A stretch of 64,000 bases of DNA from Pirellulales bacterium (GTDB taxonomy: Bacteria; Planctomycetota; Planctomycetia; Pirellulales; UBA1268): positions 1,953 to 65,952 of the forward strand of contig JBILKZ010000004.1 in NCBI GenBank assembly GCA_044376405.1, written 5' to 3'. Shown in pieces: positions 9,729 through 19,747 of this stretch (position 1 is the stretch's first letter; every line of letters starts with the position of its first letter). Position numbers and translations under genes: made by a program. Under the pieces are notes generated by a model. That model saw only the letters and a program-made list of their open reading frames with translations. It was not told the origin of the DNA and did no database searches.

Positions 9729-10214
9729 ATGCAATCCGCTTTCAAGGAATGGGCGGCGATCTGTCGGGCGCTCGTGCAGGGCCGCCAGCGGGTGATTCTC
9801 CGCAAGGGCGGGATCGTGGAGCCGGGCGGCCAGTTCGAACTGGCGCACCGGGAGTTTCTGCTGATGCCGACGTTTCTCCACCAGTCGGCCGAGAGCCTCG
9901 TGCCGGAGGCCCGCGACCTGCTCGTCGACATCGATGCCGACCGGCCCCCGGAGGGAACGGTGGTGCTTCGTCATCGGGCCTGCGTGATCGACGCGGTGCG
10001 AATTGAATCGCTCGAGGAAATGGCCCAGTTTCGGAGCGAGCACGTCTGGGCAGATCACGTGGTGGCGGAGCGGTTTCACCGCTGGCGCGACGAACTGCAC
10101 GTGCTGACGGTGGGGGTGTCGGCGCTGCCGGAGCCGCTCGTCCTGCCGTGGCGGGAATCCTTCGGCGGTTGCAAATCCTGGGTGGACCTGGATCCCGTGC
10201 CACACGGGGGATGA
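9729..10214 (+). CDS. DUF1802-family protein
   Basis: The N-terminus MQSAFKEWAAICRALVQGRQRVILRKGGIVE...FLLMPTFLHQ matches my recollection of the DUF1802 signature. Starts 8 nt after the previous gene. Confidence 0.7.
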   Translation: MQSAFKEWAAICRALVQGRQRVILRKGGIVEPGGQFELAHREFLLMPTFLHQSAESLVPEARDLLVDIDADRPPEGTVVLRHRACVIDAVRIESLEEMAQFRSEHVWADHVVAERFHRWRDELHVLTVGVSALPEPLVLPWRESFGGCKSWVDLDPVPHGG

Positions 10215-10230
10215 CGGGCCCCGCGCACCG

Positions 10231-10851
10231 CTACAACTCCGATTCCGTCCCCGCCACGAACGGCTTCAGGATCGCGGCGATCGTGCCGTTCCATTTCCAG
10301 AGGTGGCTGGAGCGTCGTTCCCGCCCTGCTCCGGCCGTGCCGGTGCGGTGCAGCCAGTAGGACTCGCCCGCGTTGATCGGCCACTGGGCAAGCTTCGGCC
10401 ACCACTGCGGCGGCACGCGGGTCTTCATCCAGCTCCAGTGGGCGACATGCCGCCGGTAGTCGTCGTCGGGATGCCGCATGCACCACTGCCGGTATTCAAG
10501 CTCCGTCACGCAGGCAAACCTGTCTCGAAGCTGACGGGTGAGGGGATCCTCGCGATCGAGCAGTTCGGCCGCAGCGGCACAGCCCGCCGCGGTGGTCGTG
10601 ATCACGATCGCGGGCTCGGGGTCGAACTCGGCGTCGGCGGCCCGCCCCCCCGCCGCGGCCTCGGCAGCCCGCTCGGCCAGCAGCCCGGGGAGTTCCGTGT
10701 CGAACCAGGCGACAAGATGGGCGGCCAGCAGGGCCCGCTCGGCGGCAAACGCACCGGCGGGCTCCCCATCCTCACGCCCGCCGATTCGGGCAGCGGTGGC
10801 ATGAGCCCGCAGCCCCTCGACCCAGGTCTCTGATTCAGGTGTCATCGGCAT
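10231..10851 (-). CDS. hypothetical protein
   Basis: The track ORF 10231-11373 overlaps gntK. I trimmed it to the internal ATG at 10851 (MPMTPESETWVEGL...). The C-terminal half is Trp-rich (HVAHWSWMKTRVPPQWWPKLAQWPINAGESYWLH) and looks protein-like. No family recognised. Confidence 0.5.
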   Translation of the reverse strand: MPMTPESETWVEGLRAHATAARIGGREDGEPAGAFAAERALLAAHLVAWFDTELPGLLAERAAEAAAGGRAADAEFDPEPAIVITTTAAGCAAAAELLDREDPLTRQLRDRFACVTELEYRQWCMRHPDDDYRRHVAHWSWMKTRVPPQWWPKLAQWPINAGESYWLHRTGTAGAGRERRSSHLWKWNGTIAAILKPFVAGTESEL

Positions 10852-10962
10852 CGTCCCCGTGTGGAAGCCCCTGAGCATACGCTGTCTGTCCAGCGGGCGG
10901 GCACGGTATGCTCGCCACGATTGAACCAGGCTCGCGGCCCACGGACCGATTGAGGTGTCTCC

Positions 10963-11496
10963 ATGTCGCCAACCCAGGCCCCAACTGCGTCGCAGCCGGA
11001 CGTCATTGTCATCATGGGGGTCGCCGGCTGTGGCAAGACGGCCGTGGGGAAGCTTCTGGCCGAGCAGATCGGGTGCGAGTTCTTCGATGCCGATACGTTC
11101 CACTCGCCGGAAAACGTCGCGATCATGCGCCAGGGTATTCCGCTCGATGACGAAAAACGGGGGCCATGGCTTGACCGGCTCGCAGGCCTGATCGATGCGG
11201 CCATCGCCGATCGCCGCGGCATGGTGCTGGCCTGCTCGGCGCTGAAGCGTCGCTACCGCAGCCGCCTCGGCGTCGGGAAGCCGCATGTGAGGCTTGTGCA
11301 CCTCGACGGCCCGGAGGCCCTGCTCCGCGAACGCATCGAGCAGCGCACTGGGCATTTCATGCCCGCCTCGCAATTGGCGAGTCAGTGTGCGCTGCTCGAG
11401 CGTCCAACGGTGGATGAGGCGGCGATCATCATCGACATCGCCCCTCCGCCGGAAACAATCGTTCGCAGCATCAGGACGGCGCTTGGCCAGCCATGA
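10963..11496 (+). CDS. gntK: gluconokinase
   Basis: P-loop VIVIMGVAGCGKTAVGKLLA, then FFDADTFHSPENVAIMRQGIPLDDEKRGPWL and ACSALKRRYR, collinear with E. coli GntK/IdnK. Confidence 0.85.
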   Translation: MSPTQAPTASQPDVIVIMGVAGCGKTAVGKLLAEQIGCEFFDADTFHSPENVAIMRQGIPLDDEKRGPWLDRLAGLIDAAIADRRGMVLACSALKRRYRSRLGVGKPHVRLVHLDGPEALLRERIEQRTGHFMPASQLASQCALLERPTVDEAAIIIDIAPPPETIVRSIRTALGQP

Positions 11497-11554
11497 TGCG
11501 AATCAGCCCCCGTCGCCCGTGCGACGAGGGACTGTTTCACTTCCGAGAAACGGT

Positions 11555-11737
11555 TTACTTGCCGAGGAACTGCTGACGCAGCCACTCGTTCTTCCGCTTC
11601 TCGAGTTCGACGAGCTTGGCAACGGGGCCCTTGCGTGCGCCGCTGGCCTGGCTGGTGGTGCGATTCTGGGCGGCAGAGGCAGTGCTGGCGATGACGAGGC
11701 TCGAGATGATCGCGACGGCGAGAAGAATCTTGCGCAT
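11555..11737 (-). CDS. small secreted protein (60 aa)
   Basis: AGGAG RBS upstream. Classic signal peptide MRKILLAVAIISSLVIASTASA. High GC at third codon positions. Confidence 0.6.
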   Translation of the reverse strand: MRKILLAVAIISSLVIASTASAAQNRTTSQASGARKGPVAKLVELEKRKNEWLRQQFLGK

Positions 11738-11982
11738 GACGGGGGCTCCTGCTTGGGGGGCTACGAACGGGGTGAGGGCGTCGGTCGCCGGCGGGCACAG
11801 TGCCCGTCAGACAGACCGTGTGATTCGCTCATCGTCGCCGCGGCGAGGGGTTCATCAGCGGCGATTTTTCGGGCGTTGCACGAGACATAAGCGACATTCA
11901 CCGTGCGCACGGCATGTCGGGCACTCGCCGCATAAACCGTTCTGACCCGGCACCATCGGTTGGAATTTCGTACGAAAAAAAC

Positions 11983-12011
11983 TTGACACCATGCCAGAAT
12001 GTGCCTAGTTT
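11983..12011 (+). promoter_or_regulatory. sigma70-like promoter candidate for the DUF1559 gene
   Basis: TTGACA (11983-11988), a 17-nt spacer, then TAGTTT (12006-12011), preceded by an A-tract (cgaaaaaaac). Lies about 77 nt upstream of the ATG at 12088. Confidence 0.35.
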
Positions 12012-12087
12012 TCGGCAAGAGGATGCTTGCGCTTTGAGGCGAAGCGGTGGCCGGCCGGTGACAGTGGGGCCTCAAAAGGGGGATGTC

Positions 12088-13260
12088 ATGAACAACTGTG
12101 TGCATGGGCTTGGTCGTCGCATACTGCCACGACAGTCTTGCGGGCGACTCGCGTCGGGAACGGATCGCGGTTTCACGCTCGTGGAACTGCTCGTCGTGAT
12201 CGCGATCATCGGCACCCTCGTCGGCCTGCTCCTGCCTGCCGTGCAGGTGGTTCGCGAGTCTGCCCGCGGTATCACCTGTGCCAACAACCTCAAGCAGATC
12301 GGGCAGGCGATGCACACCCACGTCGACGCCATGCGCAAGCTGCCCTCGATGTGGAAATACGTGGCGCCGGTCGGCGGGGTATCGATCGTGTATGGCAACG
12401 CCTCCTGGAGCGGCAACGTGTTTCTTCTGCCCTACCTCGAGCAGAGCACTCTCTACAACAACATGATGAACTACGAGAAGCAGTATCAGAAGCTGCCAGC
12501 GGATGGCGGTCCGCTCTATCCCGACCGCAATCCTTTCTGGGACAGGGATCGGGTGGGCGTGTTCAAGTGCCCGTCCGATGGGACTGCAATCAGCACCATC
12601 CGTGCGAATAACTACATGTTCAACATGGGCGACAAATACTTTGGCGAAGGATTCGAGCACAGCGATTTCAAGCTCAGTTCGCCGGTGACGACCCGCGCCC
12701 GCGGGCCCTTCGCGTGTTACATCAGCCTCGACATGAAGGACGTCACCGACGGCACTTCGAAGACGATCGCCATGGCGGAGACCATCGTCGGCCAGTTTGG
12801 AACCGATCTGACGTCGAGCGGGTTTACCGTGTATGGCAGCTGGCCCATCAACGATAGGTCGGCATCGGTGCGAAGCGACGGTACGAATCCCGCTGGCTGC
12901 TGGGGCCGTTGGAATGATAAGGGCTTCAGTTCTGGCCAGTTGCTCGATCCGAACAGGAGTCCGGGCCGCCAGTGGGCGTTTGGTAGGCCAAACCTCGTGG
13001 GATTCAACACGATCATGCCGCCGAACGGTCCAACCTGCAGCTTCGAAACTGGCAATGGGATCCACACAGCCCGCAGCTATCATCCAGGGGGCGTGTCGGT
13101 CGTGATGCTCGACGCGTCGGTGCGGTCGATCTCGCCGAACATTTACGCCGGCACCCGCGTCGCGGAGAAAACCTTCACGACGTCGGGGGACAGCCCGTAT
13201 GGCGTCTGGGGTGCGTTGGGCACCCGGGCGAGCGCCGAACAGTTCTCGAGCGATTTCTAA
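12088..13260 (+). CDS. DUF1559 protein with prepilin-type N-terminal cleavage/methylation leader
   Basis: Start trimmed to the ATG at 12088 (AGGGGG RBS). Leader [26 protein letters not shown] followed by ESARGITCANNLKQIG. C-terminal YHPGGVSVVMLDASV (H-X9-DG-like). Confidence 0.9.
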   Translation: MNNCVHGLGRRILPRQSCGRLASGTDRGFTLVELLVVIAIIGTLVGLLLPAVQVVRESARGITCANNLKQIGQAMHTHVDAMRKLPSMWKYVAPVGGVSIVYGNASWSGNVFLLPYLEQSTLYNNMMNYEKQYQKLPADGGPLYPDRNPFWDRDRVGVFKCPSDGTAISTIRANNYMFNMGDKYFGEGFEHSDFKLSSPVTTRARGPFACYISLDMKDVTDGTSKTIAMAETIVGQFGTDLTSSGFTVYGSWPINDRSASVRSDGTNPAGCWGRWNDKGFSSGQLLDPNRSPGRQWAFGRPNLVGFNTIMPPNGPTCSFETGNGIHTARSYHPGGVSVVMLDASVRSISPNIYAGTRVAEKTFTTSGDSPYGVWGALGTRASAEQFSSDF

Positions 13261-13263
13261 GCG

Positions 13264-13719
13264 ATGTGTTTTCGTCACTCCCTCTGTGTGATCGTGATGG
13301 TGGCCTTCGGCTTGTCGGCGGCAGGCTGCAGCAGCCGCGTCGACAAGTGGGCGGCCAAGCGGCCGAAGACCTACCCCGCCAAGGGCCGGGTGCTGTGGGA
13401 CGGCAAGCCGGAAGAAGGGATCGTCGTGTCGCTCGAATCGAAGGCGCACAATGTCAGTGCAATTGCGATCACCGATTCAACCGGTGCCTTCACACTCAAG
13501 ACGTTTAAGACCGGCGATGGCGCCGTGGCGGGTGAACATGCCGTGCGACTCGAGAAGCGGATCGTGAAGGATCCGAGCGCTGAGATCGTCGTCGAGGTCA
13601 TCGTGCTGCCTCAGAAATACGCCGATCCGCAGACTTCGGGGCTTACGGCCACGGTGGTGGAAAAGGGGCCCAATGAGTTCACTTTCGAAGTGACCGGCCC
13701 ACGCGGCGACGGCAAGTAG
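13264..13719 (+). CDS. lipoprotein, carboxypeptidase-regulatory-like fold (usual DUF1559 partner)
   Basis: Starts 3 nt after the DUF1559 stop. Lipobox LSAAGCS. The beta-rich segment GRVLWDGKPEEGIVVSLES...TDSTGAFTLKT is typical of the small lipoproteins that follow DUF1559 genes. Confidence 0.75.
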   Translation: MCFRHSLCVIVMVAFGLSAAGCSSRVDKWAAKRPKTYPAKGRVLWDGKPEEGIVVSLESKAHNVSAIAITDSTGAFTLKTFKTGDGAVAGEHAVRLEKRIVKDPSAEIVVEVIVLPQKYADPQTSGLTATVVEKGPNEFTFEVTGPRGDGK

Positions 13720-13842
13720 GTTGTCGCGGTGCGGCAGAAGTCTCGTCGCGTGGGCAGGATAGCCCAAAGCTCCTCGAGCTTCCGCCGATCCCCCGGCTCC
13801 GCGAACCCTGAAGACGACTGCATACCCTCTTGTGTCGTGAAG

Positions 13843-16434
13843 TCAGCCGCCCGCGAGTGGATCCTCGGGCCAGGCGTGCTTCGGGTAGCGGCGGCGGAGT
13901 TCCTTGCGAACCTCGGCGTATGTGTTCTTCCAGAAGCTGGCCAGGTCGCTCGTGACCTGCTGCGGACGGTGGTTGGGCCCCAGCAGATGCAGAAGCACCG
14001 GCACGCGGCCGCCCGCCAGCCGCGGCGTCTCTTTGACGCCGAAGAGCTCCTGGATGCGGACCGCCAAGACGGGCGGACTGCCCGGCTCGTAGGCCAGCTT
14101 GTATCGCTTCCCGGTCGGCAGCTCGAGCTGCGCGGGGGCCAGCCGGTCGAGTTCGGCGAGCCGTTCGTAGCCGACGGCTGCCTGGAATCGGGAGAGCCAA
14201 TCGGCGTTGGCGATGTCATCGAGCGACCGGAGGCCTGTGCAGACGTCTGGGAGCACCGACGCCAGATCGGCGTCGGTGAGTGGTGGCAGGCCGAGGTCGG
14301 GAGCGGCCGCGGCGAGCCAGCGGACGCGGGCCAGAAAGCCGCCGGCAGCGGTGTCGACGCCGGGAAGCAGCCGGGCGAGGTGTGGCACGGCTTCCGCAGC
14401 CAAAACCGCAGCAGCGGCCGCGGTGTCGCGAATGGCGATCGGTGTCTCGTCGATGACGAGGTCGTTCCAGTAGCGTCGCCGGCGGGCCTCCACCTGCCGC
14501 CGCGACGGGTGGTAGAGCAGCTCCTCGACGGCCCGCAGATTCGTTGCCGCGAGCGGCTCGGCCTCGAGCCAGGCCGGCTCGACGGCCGACGCCTGCCGGA
14601 CGCCGGCCTCACCGCCGGCGTCGTTGATGTCGATGGCGAGAAAGAAGGGCTCGTGGCGTACGTGGCATCCGCCATCGAGGCGAACGCCCCTCCCGCCGAC
14701 CATCGTGCCGCGATCCTGGGCCCCGGGCCGCAGCCGTACGAGCCGGTCGGGAAACGCCTCCAGCAGCGCCTGCATGACGGCCGTCTCAGAATCCTCCGGA
14801 GGCCGCGTGGCAGGCGTTTCGATCAGGCTCTGCAGCTGCTCCGCCGCACGGAGCACGTTGTGCGCACCGCCGGGGTGCAGTTCCAGGTCGGTCCGGCCGG
14901 GCGGCTGGCCGGCGTGAAAGGCCTGGAGCGCAGCCACCCGGTCGACGACATCCGACCGAATCCGCACGGTGACCCTGTCGCGTGGCCCCTGCCGACCGTG
15001 GCCGGCGACGCGAAACGGATCCCGATCTGAGAGCATCGCCGCGGCTATTGCCGTCTCGCGGAGCACCCCGCGCCGCCCGCCAGCCAGCAGCAGCCGGGCC
15101 AGCCGCGGATGCGCGGGCAACGTCGCCAGTTCCTCCCCGAGCGGCGTCACGCGGTCGTCATCCGCCTCCGGGCCGAGCTCGATCGCGCCGAGCTGGCGGA
15201 GGAGCTGCCTCGCGTTTTCGAGGCTCTCCGGAGGTGGGTGATCGAGCCAGGGGAAGCCGCGGTGTTCTCCGACGGTGAGCAGATGCAGGAGGGGGGAAGC
15301 GAGATCCCCGCGCAGCACCTCGGGCGTGTCTGCAGTCGGACGATGGTGGTGCGATGCCTCATCCCACAGCCGCCAGCACACGCCCGGCCCGGTGCGGCCT
15401 GCCCGCCCCGCTCGCTGCTCGGCGGAGGCCTTTGAGATCGGAATGAGTTCCAGTCGGGGAAGTCCCGTAGCCGGAGAGACACGCAGCTGCCTCGCCAGGC
15501 CAGAGTCGATCACGGCGGTGATGCCGGGGATCGTGAGCGAGGTCTCGGCGACGTTGGTGGCGAGGATGATCTTGCGGCGGCCCACGTCGGTGAGCACGCG
15601 GTCCTGTGCCTCTGGTGGCAGGTCGCCAAAGAGGGGCAAGAGGGCGTGGCCCTGCCGGTCTGCGAGCGAGGCAAGCTCCCGTTCGCATCGCATGATCTCG
15701 CCCACGCCCGGCAGGAAGACGAGCACGTGGCCGGTGGTGGCACGGAGGGCCTCCGGCACGGCGGCCGTGACCTGCTCGATCAGATCCCGCTGCTCGCCGC
15801 GGCGTGCAAACCTGACCTCGACCGGAAAGAGCCGCCCATCCGCGGAGATGATCGGGCAACTGCCGGCCTGGAGGCCGCCCGGCCCGTCGGCATGACCGGT
15901 CGATCCCAGCAGGCGGGCCACCGGCTCGGCGGCGAGCGTCGCGCTCATCACGATGATGCGGAGGTCGGGGCGGAGTGTCTGACGCACGCGAACGAGCAGG
16001 CCGAGCACCAGATCCATCTCGACCGTCCGCTCGTGAAACTCGTCGAGCACGACCGCGGCGATGCCATCGAGCGAGATGTCGTTTAGAAGCCGCCGCAGCA
16101 TGATCCCGGTCGTCTCGACGATGAGCCTGGTATCGCGGCTGACACGGGCATCGAACCGCACCTGGTAGCCCACCTCACCGCCAAGCGGCACGCCGCGGAG
16201 CCTCGCGATCTGGTGGGCCACCGACCGGGCCGCCAGCCGCCGGGGCTGCAGGAGGATGAGACGCGACGGCGGCGGCAGATCGTCGAGCACCGCGGCCGGC
16301 ACGAGCATCGTCTTGCCGGAGCCAGGGGGCGCCGTGACCACCACAGCCCCGGTTCGTGAGGCGGCCACGACGTCGCCGAGCACAGCCGCGACTGGCAGAT
16401 CGGCGGGCAGCAGTGATCGGGATGACGTGGCCAT
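13843..16434 (-). CDS. hrpB: ATP-dependent RNA helicase HrpB (DEAH box)
   Basis: 863 aa. Motifs APPGSGKT, DEFHERT, SATL, ATNVAETSLTIPG and QRAGRAGR, with a long HrpB-type C-terminal domain. Confidence 0.9.
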   Translation of the reverse strand: MATSSRSLLPADLPVAAVLGDVVAASRTGAVVVTAPPGSGKTMLVPAAVLDDLPPPSRLILLQPRRLAARSVAHQIARLRGVPLGGEVGYQVRFDARVSRDTRLIVETTGIMLRRLLNDISLDGIAAVVLDEFHERTVEMDLVLGLLVRVRQTLRPDLRIIVMSATLAAEPVARLLGSTGHADGPGGLQAGSCPIISADGRLFPVEVRFARRGEQRDLIEQVTAAVPEALRATTGHVLVFLPGVGEIMRCERELASLADRQGHALLPLFGDLPPEAQDRVLTDVGRRKIILATNVAETSLTIPGITAVIDSGLARQLRVSPATGLPRLELIPISKASAEQRAGRAGRTGPGVCWRLWDEASHHHRPTADTPEVLRGDLASPLLHLLTVGEHRGFPWLDHPPPESLENARQLLRQLGAIELGPEADDDRVTPLGEELATLPAHPRLARLLLAGGRRGVLRETAIAAAMLSDRDPFRVAGHGRQGPRDRVTVRIRSDVVDRVAALQAFHAGQPPGRTDLELHPGGAHNVLRAAEQLQSLIETPATRPPEDSETAVMQALLEAFPDRLVRLRPGAQDRGTMVGGRGVRLDGGCHVRHEPFFLAIDINDAGGEAGVRQASAVEPAWLEAEPLAATNLRAVEELLYHPSRRQVEARRRRYWNDLVIDETPIAIRDTAAAAAVLAAEAVPHLARLLPGVDTAAGGFLARVRWLAAAAPDLGLPPLTDADLASVLPDVCTGLRSLDDIANADWLSRFQAAVGYERLAELDRLAPAQLELPTGKRYKLAYEPGSPPVLAVRIQELFGVKETPRLAGGRVPVLLHLLGPNHRPQQVTSDLASFWKNTYAEVRKELRRRYPKHAWPEDPLAGG

Positions 16435-16651
16435 GGATGGTTCTTCCGACGGGTGCTTCTGGCGACGAGTCTACTCGGAATCGGTCGCACGACCCGCGGC
16501 ATGCCGGTCGGAAAACTGCCGTCGTCGGAACGCGAGTCAGGGGTGTAGAACCTGTCTCGTGAAAAACCGAATCATGCCAGCAGCTCATCCAAGCCCGGAG
16601 CGTCAGCGCTGGGACTGGCATGATGGAAATATTCAAAGCTCAGTAAAAGGG

Positions 16652-18010
16652 ATGATCATGCGGCTGACGCTTCTGTCCACGCTTGTGTTTTGCCTGTTCG
16701 TCAGCGGCACCGCATCAGCTGATGAGTGGCCGCAATTCCGGGGTGGCACGGCGCAGAGCGTGGCCCCGCTCGCCACGGTGCCCGCGGCGTGGAGCAACAC
16801 CGACCATCTCGCCTGGCGGACCGCCATCCCTGGTGCCGGCTGGTCGCAGCCGATCGTCTCCGGCGGACGGATCTACCTCACCACGGCGGTTGGCCCCAAG
16901 GCAGACAAGCCGAGCGGCATGGGGGGCGTGATGTCGTTCTCGACCTGGGGCATGGCGTCGTCGCCCAAGGATCCGGTGCAGTGGCGGGTGCTCTGCCTCG
17001 ATCCGGCCGACGGGAAAATCCTCTGGTCGAAGACGATCGTCGAGGCGGTTCCGAAATTTGGCAAGCACGCGTCGAATACCTTCGCGACCGAAACGCCCTG
17101 CGCGTCGGACGATACCGTCTTCGCCTTTTTCGGCAGCACCGGCACGCTCGTGGCGCTCGACCGGGAGGGCACTGAACGCTGGAGGCGGAATTTCGGCCCG
17201 CAGCCGATCACGAACCAGTTCGGCACCGGTTCGTCACCCGTGCTGCACCGCGACCCGCAGGCCGGGGAGGCGGGCGATCGCCTCCTCGTGCAGCTCTACA
17301 ACGACGACTCGGCCCGGCTGCACTGCCTCGACCCGAAGACCGGCACCGACATCTGGACGGCGGACCGCGACAAAGGCACGGCGTGGAGCACGCCGGTCGT
17401 CTGGAACAACAACGGCGCCACGGAAGTTGTGACGGCGGGGCAGGCCTCGGTGATCGCCTACGGTCTTGCGGACGGCAAAGAGCGCTGGCGGCTCGGCGGG
17501 CTCGACACCTCGTTTGCCTGCTCCGTCGTGGCGGATGCCGAAGGAATTTATTTTGGCACGTCGAGCCCCGGCAGCAAGGCGCCGGCGTATGCGATTGCCC
17601 GCGGTCATCTCGGCGACCTGACACCGCCCAAGGGTCAGGCCGCAACGGCGGCCGTGCTGTGGTCGAAGAACAAGAGCGGCGCGGGGATGCCGTCGCCCGT
17701 GGTCGTCGGCGATCTGCTCTACTTCTTCGGCGACAAGGCGGTCTGCTACGACAAGCGGACCGGCGTGGAAAAATACCGCAAGCGGATGCCGGGCGGCACG
17801 ACGGCCGTCGGCTGCCCGCTCGTGATTGGCAGCCGCATCTATGTGCTCAATGAACGCGGGAAAACGGTCGTGTTCGAGGCCGGCCCCGAGTTCAAGATTC
17901 TCGGTGAATTCCCGGTGGGCAGCGACGACGAGGTGTTTTGGGCCACACCCGCTGTGGCGGGAGACTCCCTGCTGATACGCTCGTCCGACGCGATCTACTG
18001 CATCCGTTAA
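16652..18010 (+). CDS. PQQ-like beta-propeller repeat protein (BamB-like fold), secreted
   Basis: Track ORF trimmed to the ATG at 16652 (MIMRLTLLSTLVFCLFVSGTASA signal). DEWPQFRGG follows the signal peptide, then repeated W/G propeller motifs. Confidence 0.85.
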   Translation: MIMRLTLLSTLVFCLFVSGTASADEWPQFRGGTAQSVAPLATVPAAWSNTDHLAWRTAIPGAGWSQPIVSGGRIYLTTAVGPKADKPSGMGGVMSFSTWGMASSPKDPVQWRVLCLDPADGKILWSKTIVEAVPKFGKHASNTFATETPCASDDTVFAFFGSTGTLVALDREGTERWRRNFGPQPITNQFGTGSSPVLHRDPQAGEAGDRLLVQLYNDDSARLHCLDPKTGTDIWTADRDKGTAWSTPVVWNNNGATEVVTAGQASVIAYGLADGKERWRLGGLDTSFACSVVADAEGIYFGTSSPGSKAPAYAIARGHLGDLTPPKGQAATAAVLWSKNKSGAGMPSPVVVGDLLYFFGDKAVCYDKRTGVEKYRKRMPGGTTAVGCPLVIGSRIYVLNERGKTVVFEAGPEFKILGEFPVGSDDEVFWATPAVAGDSLLIRSSDAIYCIR

Positions 18011-18016
18011 AAAATG

Positions 18017-18045
18017 TTGACGGCGCAGGGGCCTGGGGCGATGAT
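18017..18045 (+). promoter_or_regulatory. sigma70-like promoter candidate for the second DUF1559 gene
   Basis: A-tract (taaaaaatg), then TTGACG (18017-18022), a 17-nt spacer and GATGAT (18040-18045). Same A-tract plus TTGAC layout as at 11983. Confidence 0.3.
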
Positions 18046-18094
18046 GCTGTCCTGTCAGTTCAGGCCTGCCCCCTCCCATTTACGAGGAAACGCC

Positions 18095-19054
18095 ATGGCT
18101 CCCGGCATTGTCGAATGTCGTCACCGGTTTCATCCGCATCGAGCTGCTGTTCGCCCCGGCTTCACGCTGGTTGAACTGCTCGTCGTGATCGCCATCATCG
18201 GCACGCTCGTCGGTCTGCTCCTGCCCGCCGTGCAGGCGGCCCGCGAATCGGGCCGGCGGATGAGCTGCGCGAACAATCTCAAGCAGGTGGGCCTTGGCAT
18301 CGTCAATTACGAACTGGCCCGCAAGGTGTATCCATCAGGCCGAGACACCAAGAACCAGTACGGCGTGTCGTGGGCCTTCCGGCTGCTGCCCTTTGTCGAA
18401 CAGGCGCCGATCTATGCGGCCTATGTCAAGACAGCCCGCGTCGACGAAGACGCGAACAGCACCGCTATGCGGACGCCGGTGTCGACGTTCTTCTGCGCCA
18501 GCCGCCGATCGCCGGCGGCCGATCGGAACTTCGACAATGACGACCAGCCACCAGTCAAGACGGGGGTGGCGGCCGGGGGTGACTACGCCGCGAACGCTGG
18601 ATCGTATTTCAACTACGGTGTTTCAGGGACGACCTTCGACCCCAAACAGGGCGGACCGATCCACACCTATTCGTCGGTCAAGTCCCAGCAGGTGACCGAT
18701 GGCCTGAGCAAGACGTTTGCCGGCGGCGAGCGGCACATCCCCAAGACCACGCAGTCTGCATCGCCCGATATGGTCCAGCATGATCAGGGCGACACCGCGA
18801 TGTTCGCGTCGGACACCCCTCTCACGCTCTTTCGCGACACGGCCCGCGGCATCGCCGATGGCCCCGACGACCGCAATCCCCGCAAGTATGGCAGCATGCA
18901 TCAGGGAGTCACCAACTTCGTGTTTCTCGACGGCCACGTGGAAGCGATCGACAACGGGACCGATGCCACCGTGCTCCGCTGGTATTGCACGGTCGGCGAC
19001 GGCAACGACCCGACGGCCCCGCAGGACTACAACGATTCGACTCTCGACCCCTGA
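18095..19054 (+). CDS. DUF1559 protein with prepilin-type leader
   Basis: ATG at 18095 (GAGGA RBS). Leader [44 protein letters not shown]-terminal [14 protein letters not shown] (H-X9-DG). Confidence 0.9.
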   Translation: MAPGIVECRHRFHPHRAAVRPGFTLVELLVVIAIIGTLVGLLLPAVQAARESGRRMSCANNLKQVGLGIVNYELARKVYPSGRDTKNQYGVSWAFRLLPFVEQAPIYAAYVKTARVDEDANSTAMRTPVSTFFCASRRSPAADRNFDNDDQPPVKTGVAAGGDYAANAGSYFNYGVSGTTFDPKQGGPIHTYSSVKSQQVTDGLSKTFAGGERHIPKTTQSASPDMVQHDQGDTAMFASDTPLTLFRDTARGIADGPDDRNPRKYGSMHQGVTNFVFLDGHVEAIDNGTDATVLRWYCTVGDGNDPTAPQDYNDSTLDP

Positions 19055-19081
19055 CCATTGCGGGGTTTCGGAAGGGCATCC

Positions 19082-19630
19082 ATGACCAAACGACAGAAAG
19101 CCTTGGCTGCGTCGGTGCTTTGCATGCTTCTGGCTGCCGGTGGTGTGTCGTGGTTTTTCATGCGAACCAAGGGCATCGTTGACGAGACGCTCTCGTTGCA
19201 GGCACGACTTCTGGCCGGGGAACTCACGGCGCGGGATCGCAGGACGGGAGTCGCGCAGGTGACCCGCAACATCGACAAGATGGATCGCGAGGATGTGAAG
19301 AAGGTGCGGGATGCGTTCGCGGCCGATTGGCGGCGGATCCAGCAGCAGGGCATCGACGACTACTTTGCCGCCGGCGAGACTGATCGCGAAGCCCTCCTCG
19401 ATCACGACATCGAGCGACTCGTCACGGCGGGCGAACTCTGGTTCGCGACCAACCCGCGATCGAACGGCCAGCCGCCGAAGCCCAAGAAGCCCAAGACGGC
19501 GGCTTCGAAACCGGGGCAGGCCAAGGTCAGTCCAGCCGCAGAGCTGCTCGACATGTATCGGACCAAACTGCTGGTACGGGCCGGAAAGCGGGGCGTCACC
19601 CTCCCGGCATGGCTTCTGGGGCCCCGCTGA
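19082..19630 (+). CDS. membrane-anchored hypothetical protein
   Basis: ATG at 19082 preceded by GGAAGG. One N-terminal TM helix (ALAASVLCMLLAAGGVSWFF), a helical body and a Lys/Pro-rich tract (QPPKPKKPKTAASKPGQ). No family recognised. Confidence 0.6.
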   Translation: MTKRQKALAASVLCMLLAAGGVSWFFMRTKGIVDETLSLQARLLAGELTARDRRTGVAQVTRNIDKMDREDVKKVRDAFAADWRRIQQQGIDDYFAAGETDREALLDHDIERLVTAGELWFATNPRSNGQPPKPKKPKTAASKPGQAKVSPAAELLDMYRTKLLVRAGKRGVTLPAWLLGPR

Positions 19631-19747
19631 AGTCACCGACATCGCGAATTCGGTGGCTCCGCCGCGCAGAGCGAACGCCGTTGAGGTAGTCTGTGGGGTT
19701 CCCGCCCGCACTCCCCTCCCCGCCAGTCCTCCTCTCAGGCCTCCCTC

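Noticed and set aside
10852-11373. N-terminal 174 codons of track ORF 10231-11373 (-)
   Set aside because: This part lies antisense to the clearly real gntK gene and has a shadow-like composition. I trimmed the gene to the internal ATG at 10851.
11761-13449. 562-aa ORF antisense to the first DUF1559 gene and its lipoprotein partner
   Set aside because: Arg/His/Pro-rich with no motifs, and it overlaps two genes with strong family signatures on the other strand.
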